A stretch of DNA of 60,923 nucleotides, the filler included, from Jimgerdemannia flammicorona (Eukaryota): assembly GCA_003990765.1 (NCBI GenBank). It is 2 parts of 2 records of this genome, joined end to end, with 100 filler letters (N's around TTAATTAATTAA, not from the genome) between each part and the next. Parts side by side here need not be neighbours in the genome. Positions count along the whole stretch, not along the records: positions 1 to 30,428 come from RBNJ01000444.1; positions 30,529 to 60,923 come from RBNJ01000445.1. One strand, written 5' to 3'. A program made the translations under genes and the position numbers. Shown here piece after piece: positions 24,961 through 37,480 of this stretch (the first letter of the stretch is position 1; every line of letters starts with the position of its first letter). The notes below the pieces were generated by a model. It had not been told where the DNA came from. It did not search any database and worked only from the letters and a program-made list of their open reading frames with translations.

Positions 24961-26293
24961 AGTTCTTGATGATACCAAATTCTGTCAGCATTCTTTTCCT
25001 ATGTAACAGTTAATCCTTCTACTGGTATTCTGATCTTGTATGACTCAGAATTCTTCCAGTATCCTTTTCCTATACTACTGAATTCTATCAGTACTCTGAA
25101 CTTGTGTAACTATCTATACCAATACTGAAATGTACTGACAACTGTATTTCAGTATTTTATTTGGTTATTGGAATTTATATTTAGCTTTATATCTTAACAG
25201 CTATTGAATTATATTTTATATAAATACCCCTCTTATTTCCTTCAAAATAAAGTTAGTTCTAGTTTACTTACTCTTAATTCTACACAAGCAATCTAAGAGA
25301 TAACAAGACAGTTTAAAGATAAGAAGTTTGAGGACTATAAGACCTTAGGAAGGCACTCCAATAAGAACTTGCTTATAATAAACTTGAGTTAGTCTAAGAG
25401 ATATACTTTGAAGAGAATCTGATATATTTGAAGGACTCAGTAACTACTATATAACAATAGTTATATCATATAAGACTAATCTAACTATACTAATGACTGC
25501 TAGGCTATCTATAAATTTAGATGCTATCTGGATATTCTTCAATAAGATTACTATTGATGATATTATCTCTGATGAAATAGTTGTTTAAGAAGTGTGGTTC
25601 TTGAATTATATCTCCTTGTTCATTCATATAGTAGTATGTTGAAACCATATCACCATTCCATAGAATAATATCATCTATCTTATATACTGAGTAAGATATT
25701 AGTGAGCAGAGAAGAGATGTATTATCTTCACTTTTATCAGATTTGCTGTCTGCATATCTTTGATAGGTTATAGTACTATATGTATATTATAAGATTATAG
25801 TAAGCTGGTAGTTGTGGTTTATTTTGTTCATACTTAGAAGGTGGAGTTGTTAGTTTGATCTTAAGAGTTGTCTGGAGATATAGATTGTGTTCTCTAGTCT
25901 CTTTATTATAGTTGAAGTAATTAGATATAAATACAGATTGATACTCATATCAGTGGTCATTGTCTCAATAGATCTTATAGGTGGTTATGAACTATTATAA
26001 GTTCATTGATAGAGTTGGTAGAGTGATCAGAGTTGGCAGAGATCCTTAGCTAGAGGTCATATCTTCTGCTTCATCATTATTAAACTAGATTATATTATAG
26101 ACATCCTTTATGATATATTCAACTTAGGGCATTTGTAAGATGTGGTCATTAGAATAAGAGAAGGATCTGTCTGTAGTTTGAACATACTCAATATACTTAT
26201 AGTTGAGTTCTTATACTATATCATCAATTTGGTCATAGAATAGAGTGTTAACCATTTCAGTAGTAGTAACTTAGAGGTAGAGAATAAAGATAC

Positions 26294-29200
26294 TGTAAGA
26301 GGGTTACTTATTAGAGTAACCATTATATAGTTCTAGAAGAGTTTTCTGAAAGTTCTAGATATTCTAGAAGACTATTTTCTTAAGGTTAAGATCAATTTCA
26401 TATAGAGTATGTCCTCTATACTTATTGATTTCAAGATCAGATTGATATCTCAACTAAAGTCCTTATTTAGACTAGTTCTAGATGTTCAGGATTTTCTGTA
26501 TTTCAGAAAGTTCAAGAAACTAAGACCAGCTTAGTTGAATTGGCATATCACTACAGACAATACTCAATTAGAAAATTTTGTGATAAGGTTAGGAGTGGGA
26601 CCTAATGAGGAGCAGATTTACTTAAGAGTGGTTTGTGGGTTATTAAATAGGTTTATTTGCTATTCATGATATTACTATACTAGGAGTAGTTATAAAGAGA
26701 TATTGTGGGAAAGTGTTCAGAAGTTATATTCAGATTGTTCTGTATATGTATTTAAGTCTGAGATTCTGAGGTCTGGAGGAGGGGATATTTATACTAGTGG
26801 GAGGCTATCTAGACTATACTAAATATAGATATATTACTTAGTATCTTACTGAGTCAGAATATAGTTATATAGTACAAGTATGATCTGATATATTAAGAGA
26901 TTATCTGACTGCTAAGTCATTTCACAGTTATGTCATATAAGACTAATCTAACTATATTAATGACTACTAAGCTATTTATAGATTTAGATACTATCTGGAT
27001 AGTCTTTAATGATATCACTATTAATGATATTATCTCTGGTAAAGTCTGAGCAGTTTTCTGACTTCTGATATCATTAGTTTCAAAGGTGTTGTCACCTCTA
27101 TCTCTTGTAAAATTAAGGCTATCCTTAATGGTAGTGGTTGTATAAGAATAATAGGTCTTGGTTCTCTTTTTTTTTTTTAGACTGCTGGTGCATTTGTGAG
27201 GACTGGCCATTCTTGTCTAGAGCAAGAGCTCTCATTATCATGGCTAGGGGTTCAAACCTCTCAGAAATGATATTTTCTGTAATCTAAGACAATTTTTAGT
27301 AGTAATATCTGTCATATAGATGGGCTTGAGATTGGTTTTGATAATGTTAGCTTTCTTGAGTTCAGATGAAGTATCTGTCATTCTCCAATAGAAGTGATAC
27401 AGATAGAGTAAATAGAGTTGTTCAAATGCATTTTGCTTCTACTAAGTGATGAGATTTTATATAGTTATAGTATATCTTAATCTTGAGTTGATAAGTATAG
27501 TTTGTAAACCTTTAATGGATGAGATAGAGTTCTTCTTATCTCAGTTTGAGTTTGGTACTTTAGTTTCTTTTTATAATAGTACAATATACCAAAACTAGTT
27601 ATGAGGTTCAGGGTTAGTCTTATAGTTATAGTACTTCTTCTGGTATTCTTGTGTCTTGGCAGTAGGTTCTCATATATGCTGGTGTATTTTGTATAATTAG
27701 GTGATCTCTTCAGTAACTTGTTTTATAGTCTCACATGTGATTTCCAAATTAGTTCTGAGAGTAATATGTGATTTCAGTAGCTTAGAGGTTATATACTTAT
27801 AACTCTCACCTTCTTAGTTTTTGACATCCTCATTGAGGCCTTCTAATTTGATCTAGTGTTATTATACTATTTGGATAGTTCTTGTGGCTGTGTTTATTGA
27901 GAATTTGTTCAACTTTGTATTCTTCTTGGTCATTAATAATGACAGATGTAGGTGGTTTTACAGTTCAGTTCAGAAATATGTCTCAGACTTTCTGGGATAA
28001 GGGTCTAACATGGCTGTCAACTTTGGAAAAGTCTTTTTTGAGATTTTTGAATTCTTCTTTAGATGGGCAGATAGAGATAATAAAGAGAGAACATTTCTTG
28101 ACCAATTTCTTGAACTATAGCTTATTGATATAGGTGATCTTCAGTTCAGAGTTACTAGAACTGAGTGGGTCTTTTTTGCCTTATAATTTGAAATTGTAGT
28201 GTTCTTTCTTGATAGTCAGAGAATGGTTTACCCAATCAATCATAAGGTTCTCTTATTTTAACTATAGGGTCCCAAGGATGATTTTATTGTCAGGAAGTGA
28301 TATAATTTAGAGGGTAACATGTACTCAGTCTAATTCAGAAGAGTAGGTTGTAGACTTCTTTGCTAATAACATGAGAGATTCCATCAGCTATAGCAACTGC
28401 TTGAGTCTGTTATACTGGAGAGGTCAGAACCTTGAGTCTGTTGGCTGTTTCTTTATTGATGAAGTTATCTGAGGCACCACTGTCTATCATAATCTTGACA
28501 GGTACTTGATTGACAAAAGCTTGGAGTGTAAGCAGTTTGTCTGATCTAATGGTAGTAATTTCTATTATAGGAGCTTTCCTTCTATTGGTTTTTCTTTAAA
28601 CCAGTTCATTGGTACAAAAGAAGTAATTATCAATTATTCAAAAAGAGTACATTCTAATGCCATAAGAGCATTGGCCACTTAGTATAAATCTATCTTTGAT
28701 TTTCTTGTAGAATTGTTCTTCCTTATTCATCATAGGTTAAGTTGGGACCTTATTTGATGAGCCAAATCCTCTAGATTCTCAAATGGTAGGCAGTAGTTCA
28801 GGGACTTTCTTGACTGTCAGAGTTGACTCAATTTTTTCAAATAGAATTTGGGCAATATAGAAACCAGTGGGGATTTTGAAGGGTGTCCAACTATAGTTTT
28901 GGATGAGGACAATGATTTTGTCTATATAATTCTCATCAATGACTCCTCCTTCTACTGAGAGTCCTTTCAATACTAGGCTGCTGTAACAGCATATTCTTTC
29001 AACATGTCCTTCAGAGATTTGGATGCTGATTCCTGTGTAGACTTGCTTGATTTATCAGTTGAAAACTATAGCTTCTTTGGCTATATATGTAGGTCATATC
29101 TAGCTACTTTTTGACTTCTTTTGGTTGGGGCCTTAGCAGTTAGCCTTAACTTGACAAAGTTCAATATCTTGGTAGTCAGATTATTGAGGTAGTACAGAGT

Positions 29201-30420
29201 GGTAACAGTTGCCTATATTGCTGTTTAGAGTTTTTGGTTAGGGCAGACACTGGTCATATATTCTGTCTTTCAGTAATAGAGTATTCTCTGCTTCTTTGAA
29301 GTTCATTTCTTTCTTCTTCTGTGAGTTTCTTGAAGGTATTTGGCTGAGTAGATTCAGGATTTCAGGGTATCTACAATGTGGATATGGTGGGAGCTCAGGA
29401 TGCTTCATGCTTAGGTTTCTCTTTCTTAGTCCAAGTCCTTTTCTTGTTGTTAAATTATCTTCAAGGCAGAATTGGTCCAGCTGTTAGGATTTACTTGACC
29501 ATAGTCTTGATTCTTACCAGGCACTATTGTTGGTAGTCACAATCAACTGAGTGTCCTTATTCTCAGATTTTTCTTATAAGTCATTCAGATAGTATATCAA
29601 ATAAATGGTCTGCTCTTGTACTATTTTATACTTCATCATTGGCAATATATCCTAGACCAATAGTATTCAGGAGTGACTCAAGTTTTGTACAGAAGGTTTT
29701 GAATTCCTCCTTGCCATGTATATCAAACTTGAGATTGTAGAGTTTAACTTAAGATTTGGTGATTATAGTTTTACTGTAATATTGAGCAATCATGAGTTAT
29801 TTGAGTCTAGGGGCTGCAGGATGGGCTCCATATCCTGGGGCATTATTTGCTACATTTTGGGCAATAACTGCAGGTCAGGTATCCTATGTGAGGGTTTTTT
29901 CAGAAAGGGTTTACTACTATTCTTCAGCAGGTCCTTGGAAGAATATAACAACTTGGCAGACATAGGCTGTAGTAGTAGCAAAGAGTTGTTCCAGAGTATA
30001 GTCTTGATTATTTATTAGAAGGTAGTCAGTAACTTGCTCATTGGTCTATTGATTGGCTTTGAAGTTGGTATCAACTATACTAATAAAGCTTTGGACTTAT
30101 GCAATACTATTGAAGGTAGGTAGGCTCAGATTTTTTGTTGGTCAGATCTGTTCAGCTAAGGTAGTAATGGTTGCTGCCATTATGGCTATCTGGGCTGTGA
30201 GATCTAGAATCTGTTGGTTTGTCATATTGTTTACTGAAGATGGTTGGACTACTGGTAGTGGTGTTACTGGTACTATTTGAGGTACTGGTGCAGAGTGTGA
30301 TGGTATTCTTTGGATCTGTATAAGTTGCTAAAGTAATAGTTGTAGGTCTGGGGTGAGGGCTTGATAGATAGCTATTTGTTGCTGTATAGGTATGTTCTGT
30401 CCTGATGAAGATATGTCTCT
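26294..30420 (-). mobile_element. Gypsy family B copy B2 (chromovirus-like) inserted in the B1 LTR; internal deletion joins the RT start to the chromodomain; cut off by poly(T) and the contig end
   Basis: LTR begins TGTAAGAGGG at 26294. Chromodomain-like PPTSVIINDQEEYKVEQILNKH at ~27810-27965; protease IMIDSGASDNFI at ~28460-28500; dUTPase ~28760-29165; CCHC remnant ~29235-29290. Confidence 0.85.
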
Positions 30421-30428
30421 TTTTTTTT

Positions 30429-30528
30429 NNNNNNNNNNNNNNNNNNNNNNNNNNNNNNNNNNNNNNNNNNNNTTAATTAATTAANNNNNNNNNNNNNNNN
30501 NNNNNNNNNNNNNNNNNNNNNNNNNNNN
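30429..30528. other. Assembly spacer N..TTAATTAATTAA..N (stop codons in all six frames)
   Basis: N runs flank the palindromic 12-mer at 30473-30484. Confidence 0.95.
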
Positions 30529-30595
30529 TTTTTAAAGTCATTTGGACTCTATCTTTATTATCAGTCTATGAATAAGTATACAATATCACCACCCA

Positions 30596-33500
30596 CTATT
30601 CGATCCCCATAGGGGGGCCCCTCCCCACCTCTTCCTGTATAAAGACCACCCTCTCACCAATGACTCCAACTCTCCCACCACTCTGACCACAGATTTTCAC
30701 CACCAAGCAGCGCCTCTGACCCCCCTGCAGCCCCCAACCAAGCCACCAGCCTGTCAAGGTGTCCTCCATAAGGCACTGCCACCATGATAACCGGCTTCCC
30801 AAGCTCTGTCGCCTCTCCTCCTCAAATACAAATAGCCAGTGACTGGCCAGCCCAACCTAAATAGCCAATACCCAGCCTAAAGTAATCCACTCCACTCCTA
30901 CCCCTCCTACCAATCAATCCCTCAGATCTTCCCATCTCCTGCATACATCATCACCCCTATACCTCACCCCCAAGTGGTCCCCAATGGCCTGCCAAAAGTC
31001 TCTCAACACCTCACACTCCCCTAGCCAATGTTCTGATGTCTGTACAAATCCCTCTTCCTGCCCTACATTATGGCACTCCTCATAGTCGAAGCAGCCCCCT
31101 ATGACAAGGTGTCCTGAGTAGAAGTTAAGCATCACATTTCTCCTCAGCACGTGCCACCAGATCATCCAGTACTTCGGCAGCATCCATTTTTTCACTGCGG
31201 TACTCTAGGTCCAAACTCCATACCAGTTCCACTCCTCTCCAATTTCAACTCCTTGCCAACCACTAGGCCACAGATCCTGGCCTGGCCCCCTTTGGCATTC
31301 TACTCCATCACTAATGTCGAACTCAGGTAAAGGTACGCTGCTCAGTAGAATGCCATCCCATCTCTACATCACCAGGCCCCAAGCCCTCTTCCCCTCATTC
31401 TCCTGCCAGCGAATACCAATGCGGTGTGCCCCCTCTGCTATCCCCCACCAGAAGCCTTTATATCGCAATTGTGCAGTGTTCTGAAGCCCAACTAATGAAA
31501 GAAGATCACCAGTCGAGTCTCTTGGTGATAACCATCTCTCCCAGACCTTCTGCAGCAGGGGAATCCAACCCCCTCCATGCAACTCTACTGTCCTCTTAAG
31601 CCACCATGCCCTCAAGCAGTATAGTCATTTGAGGAAGTCCACCAGTCTAAGACCACCTCTTGCCACCAGTAGGGACAAAGTCTCCCAACCAATCTGACTC
31701 CGTCTGCCAGCCCAAATCCATCTCTTGGCTACCTTTACCAATCTCTTCACCACCCAGGCTAGGAAGTCCAGATGATAAGCCAAATACTACAGCTTCGGCA
31801 GTCAGTATACATACATTCAAAATCGAGATCCTTCCTGCCAGAGAGAAGTGTCTTCCCCCCCAACCCCATAGGTCCTCCTCCCAAATTCCAACCCTCTGCT
31901 CCCACCACAGTCTAGGCAGAATAGACCCATAAACCAACAAATAGATACCCAAGTACCACACCACCTCTCCAGTGGGGACAATTGTTCCAATAACCTCTCT
32001 GCCCACCAGGCTGTTGCCCAGCACCATTGTTTCGCACTTGTGCCAATTCAGCTTCACCCCAGAGTTCTCCTCATACCACTTCACTGTCTTCTTGAGCTCC
32101 TCGACATTAGCAATTACTCTCAAACCAACCACTATGTCATCCACAAAGGCTCCAACTTTCCAGCCAACTCCATAGATAGAGAGCCCCACTATCCTCCACC
32201 GAATTCTGTCCACTAGAGGTTCTAAAGAGAGAGCATACAAAATGGGGGACAGTGGGTCCCCCTGGGGCACTCCCCTACTCAGAGGGAATGCTACCCCTCT
32301 ATGCCCATTACACAAGAGCGCAGTCCTACTCCCTTCCAGTAGGCTGACCATCGCTGACCGAAATGGGACTAGAACCCCAATTCTATCTAATACTTTCACC
32401 AGCCAGACTCTCCGCACCCGGTCATAAGCCTTCTCCTGGTCCAAGAAGACAAGATGCCCATCCAGTCCACAGGCTCTAGCACCTTCAATAATGCCATGTA
32501 CCCAGGCTGTACCATCTCTAATAAGCTGACCCCCTATGAAGCCCCTCTGCTCAACACCAACAATTTGCTAGGCTACCTTCTGGAGCCTTGTGACCACCAC
32601 CTTAGTCACCAATTTTCAGTCCATATCTAGCAATATTATCGGCTGCCAGTTCTTCCAATCCTCTCACCTTTCTTTGTTCTTATAAAGCAGCATCACCAGC
32701 CTAAGATCCTGCTCCCCCACCCATCTCCCTGACTGCAATATAAAATCACACAGTGCTGTCAACTCCCCCAACATGCCCAGGACTCCAACCATTCGCTTCT
32801 AGAAGTCCCAGAGTAGGCCATCCTCCCCAGGCACTATACCCGAGGCTGTCATGGCAAGAACCTAGTAGATCTTATCCTCTTTTACAGGTATCACTAGGTC
32901 ACCTAGTCTCTCAGCTTGTGGTGGGTACCAATCTTCCAATGTTTGGTCAATGGCTGTAGCATCTGCCCCACCCTCCTCCTCACTCCACAATCTACTTCAT
33001 TGCTCCTTCAGCGTTCCAAGGATATCCTATACACCATATACTAGCACACCATCTGAGTCAAGCATCCCTTCTCACCGCTGCTGTACCCTTCTTGCTCGAA
33101 GTGTCCTCGTGAGAAACTTAGAAGGCCTCTCCCCTTCCTCCAGCCCCTGCCAATGAAGCCATGCTATCAGGCCTTGCATTCTTGACTCTTCCTCTTCCCG
33201 CAGCATCTGTTGTAGTTTCCCAACCTCCATCTTTACCCTCATTATTCTCTAATCCTCTTATCCCTCCACTACTACCAGTCTCGCTCATTCCTCCAGGAAC
33301 CTAGTCAATCTAGTAGAGGCCCAATGTACTCTCCACCTACGCTGCCTCTCAGCCTCTCTGTCAGCCTCACTCCAGTACATCCTGGCCATCTCTTTCATCC
33401 TCACCCACCAAACCCCAATTGGGGCACCTTCCTACTGCCAGTTCTCCACCTTCAGCTAAATGTCTTTCACCCACTCCTCCCACTGGGACTCATCATCCAT

Positions 33501-34256
33501 CAAGGAGGAATTTAGGCACCAATGTCCAGGCCCATCACCACTTCCCCCAAAACACCCCTGTCCCAAAAGGCCCCAGTGATCTGACCACAGACACCATTCC
33601 ACCTCTAGCATCTTCCAAACATCACAGCCCTAACAGTTGGCTATCAGAATCCAGTCAATCCTTGTCCCCAGGCCTCCAGCCCAATGTGTATATACCCTCC
33701 TGTCCCCCCAGTACTCTCTACCAGCATCCACCAGTGCTCCTAGCCTTTCGACTTCCTCTCACATCACCAGCCCCCCACTCCTGCTCTCAGTACCCTGTCC
33801 TCCATTAGTTCTATCCAACCATATATCCCAAACCATATTGAAATCTCCTCCAAGCATATCCACCCCAGCTTCAGCAAGGATCTCACTCTCCTGGAGCCCT
33901 TTCACCCAATCCACATGCTCCCCCCATATAGCAGGGCAGTAACAGGAGCCAACTATAACTGGCTCCCAACCTGCATGAATCCACTCACCCCAGACCAGTC
34001 TCTCCCCCCAGCTCCTCACATCCCTTATCTCCCCTCTGCCTTTCTGAATCAGAATCCTGACCTTGCTGTTCCAAATCGCTATGCCTCCCCATTTCTTTGT
34101 CCATTCCATCCTATCAGAATCATCCTCACACCTGACATCCTGCAAGAGGAAGAGATTGGCCTCCAATCTCTTCAGCCAAGTAAAAATATTCCTACATCTA
34201 ACTGCACCCCTTAGCCCATTCACATTCAAAGAAAAAATGTTGGTTGTACTGTTCAT
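30596..34256 (-). pseudogene. LINE ORF2: APE endonuclease, reverse transcriptase, C-terminal Cys/His domain (disrupted)
   Basis: FSLNVNGL, LLQDV, GGDFN, DQEKAYDRV, GVPQGDPLSPILY, FVDD, CFDYEEC..EHWLGEC. Confidence 0.95.
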
Positions 34257-34286
34257 AATGAAATACAGTTTGTTCTCAGTTGGTCT

Positions 34287-36307
34287 CTACTGCTCCATAC
34301 TCATCTCCTCCTATGCCATGTCCAGATTATGTTCAGCCATCACCTCCTCCTCTTCAGCCCTCTGAGCCTCCAATCCAGCCAATAGCTCATTCATCTCCTC
34401 ATCAGCCTTCTCCTCAAACTCCTCTCTGTACTCGATATAAGCCTCCTGCCAAAGCTGCAACCCATGATACTTGTTCCAACAGTACTCAGCCCTCTCCCCA
34501 GCAATAACTGCCATCTCTACCTCCCGCTCCTTGTCCACCTCATACCCTTCCTCCTCTAGATACACTGCAAGAATTTCTGCCTTCAGTGCCATCGCCACTC
34601 CTTCCCCCTGCAAAATTCTCATCCAGTACTTGTCACCCATCCCACGCAAGTCCACCTTCCCCAACTCTTCTGCTGTCAGGTTATTCATCATCTGGCATAT
34701 TCAAAGTAGGTTCCCCACCTCCTTCCCACCAGGAGTCACCAGCCTCCCTCTGTCCAGTATCGTGGTGTCAGCTCCGGCACTCGTATCCTCATCCCACACC
34801 TCTGGGACATCCACCAGTTCCTCCTCCCTGGCCGCCACTACTTGATCCCCATTTAATACCTCCAGAATGCTGAATTTCACCTGCTGGGTCCCCAGCATCG
34901 TCACATCCTCCCCAATCTTGTTTCTGGAAGCCGGGCCATGCCTGATAAGAGGGGAAGAAGTGGGGGAGTTCTCCCAGACTTCATCCCAAACCTCCAAGGT
35001 GTCATCCATATATGGGTTGCTAGTCTTCACCTCTTTCACCTTCCCTGTCTCCACCCCATCATCCCCACTCCTCTTGCCAGCCCAGATACTCGCTCTGGCC
35101 CCTACTGCACCCATCTTCTTGCTCGCATCTTTCTGTGGTCCACCCCCCAGTTTAGCCAGCAGATCCTTCTGTCTCTTCCACCCCTAAGCCCTTTTTCACT
35201 GTATCTTGTCTACTCGAATCCTCTTTCCATCCACCACCTCCAGGTGTGTCAACTCTTCGAAAGTCTTCCAGGCCTTAGCTCACTACTCTATAGCCCCATC
35301 CAGTTCCTCCAGTGCTTCCAATAAATCCTCTTCCTCCTCTTCACTTCCTTTCACCCTTGTCACCTTGTACAGGATCGCTCCCCAAACCATTACCGAAGGC
35401 CAGTCCCTCGCCTTCCTAGTAGCCTCTTTCCTAGCCAGCCGAATCCTCACATCCACATCCCCAGTCCTGAGCATGGTCCCCTCCCAGACCCTGAATCCAA
35501 TATCCACCACCTCTCCATACTCCACCATGACATCCTCCACTCTCTTATCTCCATCGCTGTCACCATGGGTACTCCTTTCACCAGCAGTTGGACCACCCTT
35601 AGATCTCATTTCAAACACCTTGCCATTAGTACACACACCTCCCCAACCACCAACCCAACCTTCAGTACCTTCTCCAGCAGTTCAGCCTCCTCAAAACCCA
35701 CCTCCACAACCTCCAGTTTCTTCAGAAATTTCACCAAGGCAGCTCCTGCTACCTGCTTAGTGATAAACCCCAGCACCATTTTCACTGTCACTGCTAAGCT
35801 CCAGAAGCACAGTGTAACCATGAATGTTGAGATCGATTTCTTGAGTAACAGGGCTACTGCTAGACCCATCATGCCATCTGCCAAATCTCCTTGTCTTCCA
35901 AGCCCCAGCCACTCAGCCTTGCTAACAGCCATCACATCTGGATTTTTTTCCAGATTAGCAGTCCCATCACCATCAGCAGTCACACTCCTCCCAGCTGCTA
36001 CTCCCCCAGCTTCACTGCCCCCCCTTCTAAGGGCCACTCCCCCCCACCCTGCTGCCTTCTCATTCTCCTTGCCCCTCCTCAGCCAGCCCTCCAGCCCCAA
36101 TACCTACTGCCTCCCCTTCACCATCTCTGCAAAGCTCGCCCTCCCAGACCCCTGACCTCTACCAGTACCTCCCCCCCTTCCTCGTCCACCTGCCAGCAGC
36201 CCCCTCATACTCACCCTCAGGCCTGGACCCCTCCCAACTTGCTGCCATTCAAAAGCACTTGGGACATCCTGCTCAATACGTACCTTAGCTTGCCTATCAG
36301 TTGTCAT
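34287..36307 (-). pseudogene. LINE ORF1 (Gly/Glu-rich, disrupted)
   Basis: ORF pieces colinear with L3 ORF1; lies immediately upstream of ORF2. Confidence 0.85.
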
Positions 36308-37299
36308 GTTGTTAGTCTCTTTGCTCCAAAAATGATATTGTGAGTGCCTTCCAAAGGTTGTGTAATCTGAGTGGTACTGGAGAAAGATGTTCTGAAAATT
36401 ATTATAATTATTCTAATATAATTATTGTTTTTATATAATAGTAAATCTTTATTTTGACTTCAGATTAATAAAAAATATTATATATACTATCTACTCTTAT
36501 AGCTTCAATCTCTTTTATAGTCTCTGCTCTTAATTTAAAAATTTTATATAAATTTAAAGATAAAATTATTTTTATTTCAAATTGATAGAAAGTATATATA
36601 ATTTTCTTTTATAGCTTTGATATTTTCTATAACTTTGATCTTTACTCTAAATTTCAGAGTATATATTAGTAAATAGGTTTAAATTTTAAAAATATCTTAG
36701 ATAAATATATTAAAATCTAACTCAATCTTATTTAACTTCTTTAAAATTAATATATAGTTACATATATATATAATAATAATAATTTAGATATATTATATAT
36801 AATTATATTTTCTTTATTTTGTTTTATAATATAATAAGCAAATATTATAGTATAGTCAGATAATATACAAAATACTTAGTATAGTTATCTCACATAGTTA
36901 CTCTTATATACTACTTATTATATAAATAGTCTGATATACTAAATTAGAATAAATTTCATTCTTACTAAGAATACTGATACTGTTGAGATATATATATCTA
37001 TACTTAATAGATATACCTGTTCTCTAAAGGAATATCTTTCTAAATTAACATTACTATATCTATAATTATCTAGAATACTCCAGATATTTAAGTAAATAAA
37101 TCTCAATCTGAAAATCTGAATTCAAAAGCAAAAGATAAGTCTGTCTAATATATTTTGAGAGATATATTTATCTAGAGTCACTTGATTTAGAAAGAATTAC
37201 AATACTTATAAGAAATATCTGCTCTAAAACTACTATTTAGAAGATTATAAACTTTATTCTAATTTGTACTCTAGTCTACTTTTTAATATAAAAGAAGTC

Positions 37300-37480
37300 T
37301 ACTGATTTTGGTATACTTGCCAGACTAAGCAAAAAGAGAAATCTATTATATTTTAATATACTTGCCAGACTAAGCCAGAAGAGAAATCTATTATATTTTA
37401 ATATGCCTACTAGACTAAGTCAGAAGAACTTAAGAAATCTATTATATTTTTAATATACTTATCAGATTAAGCCTAAAGAA
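37300..37480. repeat. ~45-bp tandem repeat in the family C 5' leader (TATACTTGCCAGACTAAGC..AAGAGAAATCTATTATATTTTAA) x4
   Basis: Directly visible; related motif in element D at 54130-54245. Confidence 0.85.

Larger units (their letters stand above)
16671..25456 (+). mobile_element. Gypsy family A copy A2, full length, inserted in the B1 5' LTR
   Basis: LTRs 16671-18218 and 23900-25456; PBS ACT-TGGTGCCTATTG at 18219; PPT AGAGAAAGA before 23900; decayed 4-bp TSD ACAA/ATAG (the uninterrupted B LTR has a single GTAG at ~11382). Confidence 0.95.
10742..26293 (-). mobile_element. Gypsy family B copy B1 (non-autonomous, most of RT and all of RH/IN deleted); its 5' LTR is split by A2 and cut by B2
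   Basis: LTRs at 10742-(>=12243) and 16036-16670 + 25457-26293. Decayed PBS at 16021-16032 (TAATAGTAGTAG on the minus strand, inferred from TGGTGGCAGCGG). Internal order gag-CCHC-dUTPase-Zn module-PR-RT stub. Confidence 0.85.
30529..36389 (-). mobile_element. Near-full-length L1/Tx1-type LINE (copy L2)
   Basis: 5' end ATCTTTCTCCAG shared with L3; ORF1, ORF2, AATAAA-like signal and poly(A). Confidence 0.95.

Noticed and set aside
30473..30484. TTAATTAATTAA palindrome as a biological site
   Set aside because: Six-frame-stop linker embedded in Ns; an assembly artefact
30421..30540. LINE L2 inserted into B2 gag
   Set aside because: The two sides are joined by an artificial spacer, B2 does not resume after 36389 and there is no TSD; adjacency is unproven
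35206..36343. Ser/Pro-rich ORFs antisense to the LINE (also 55496-57452)
   Set aside because: Shadow ORFs caused by the C-rich complementary strand
37300..37480. CRISPR-like repeat array
   Set aside because: Head-to-tail tandem repeat in a retrotransposon leader; no spacers and no cas genes; eukaryotic context
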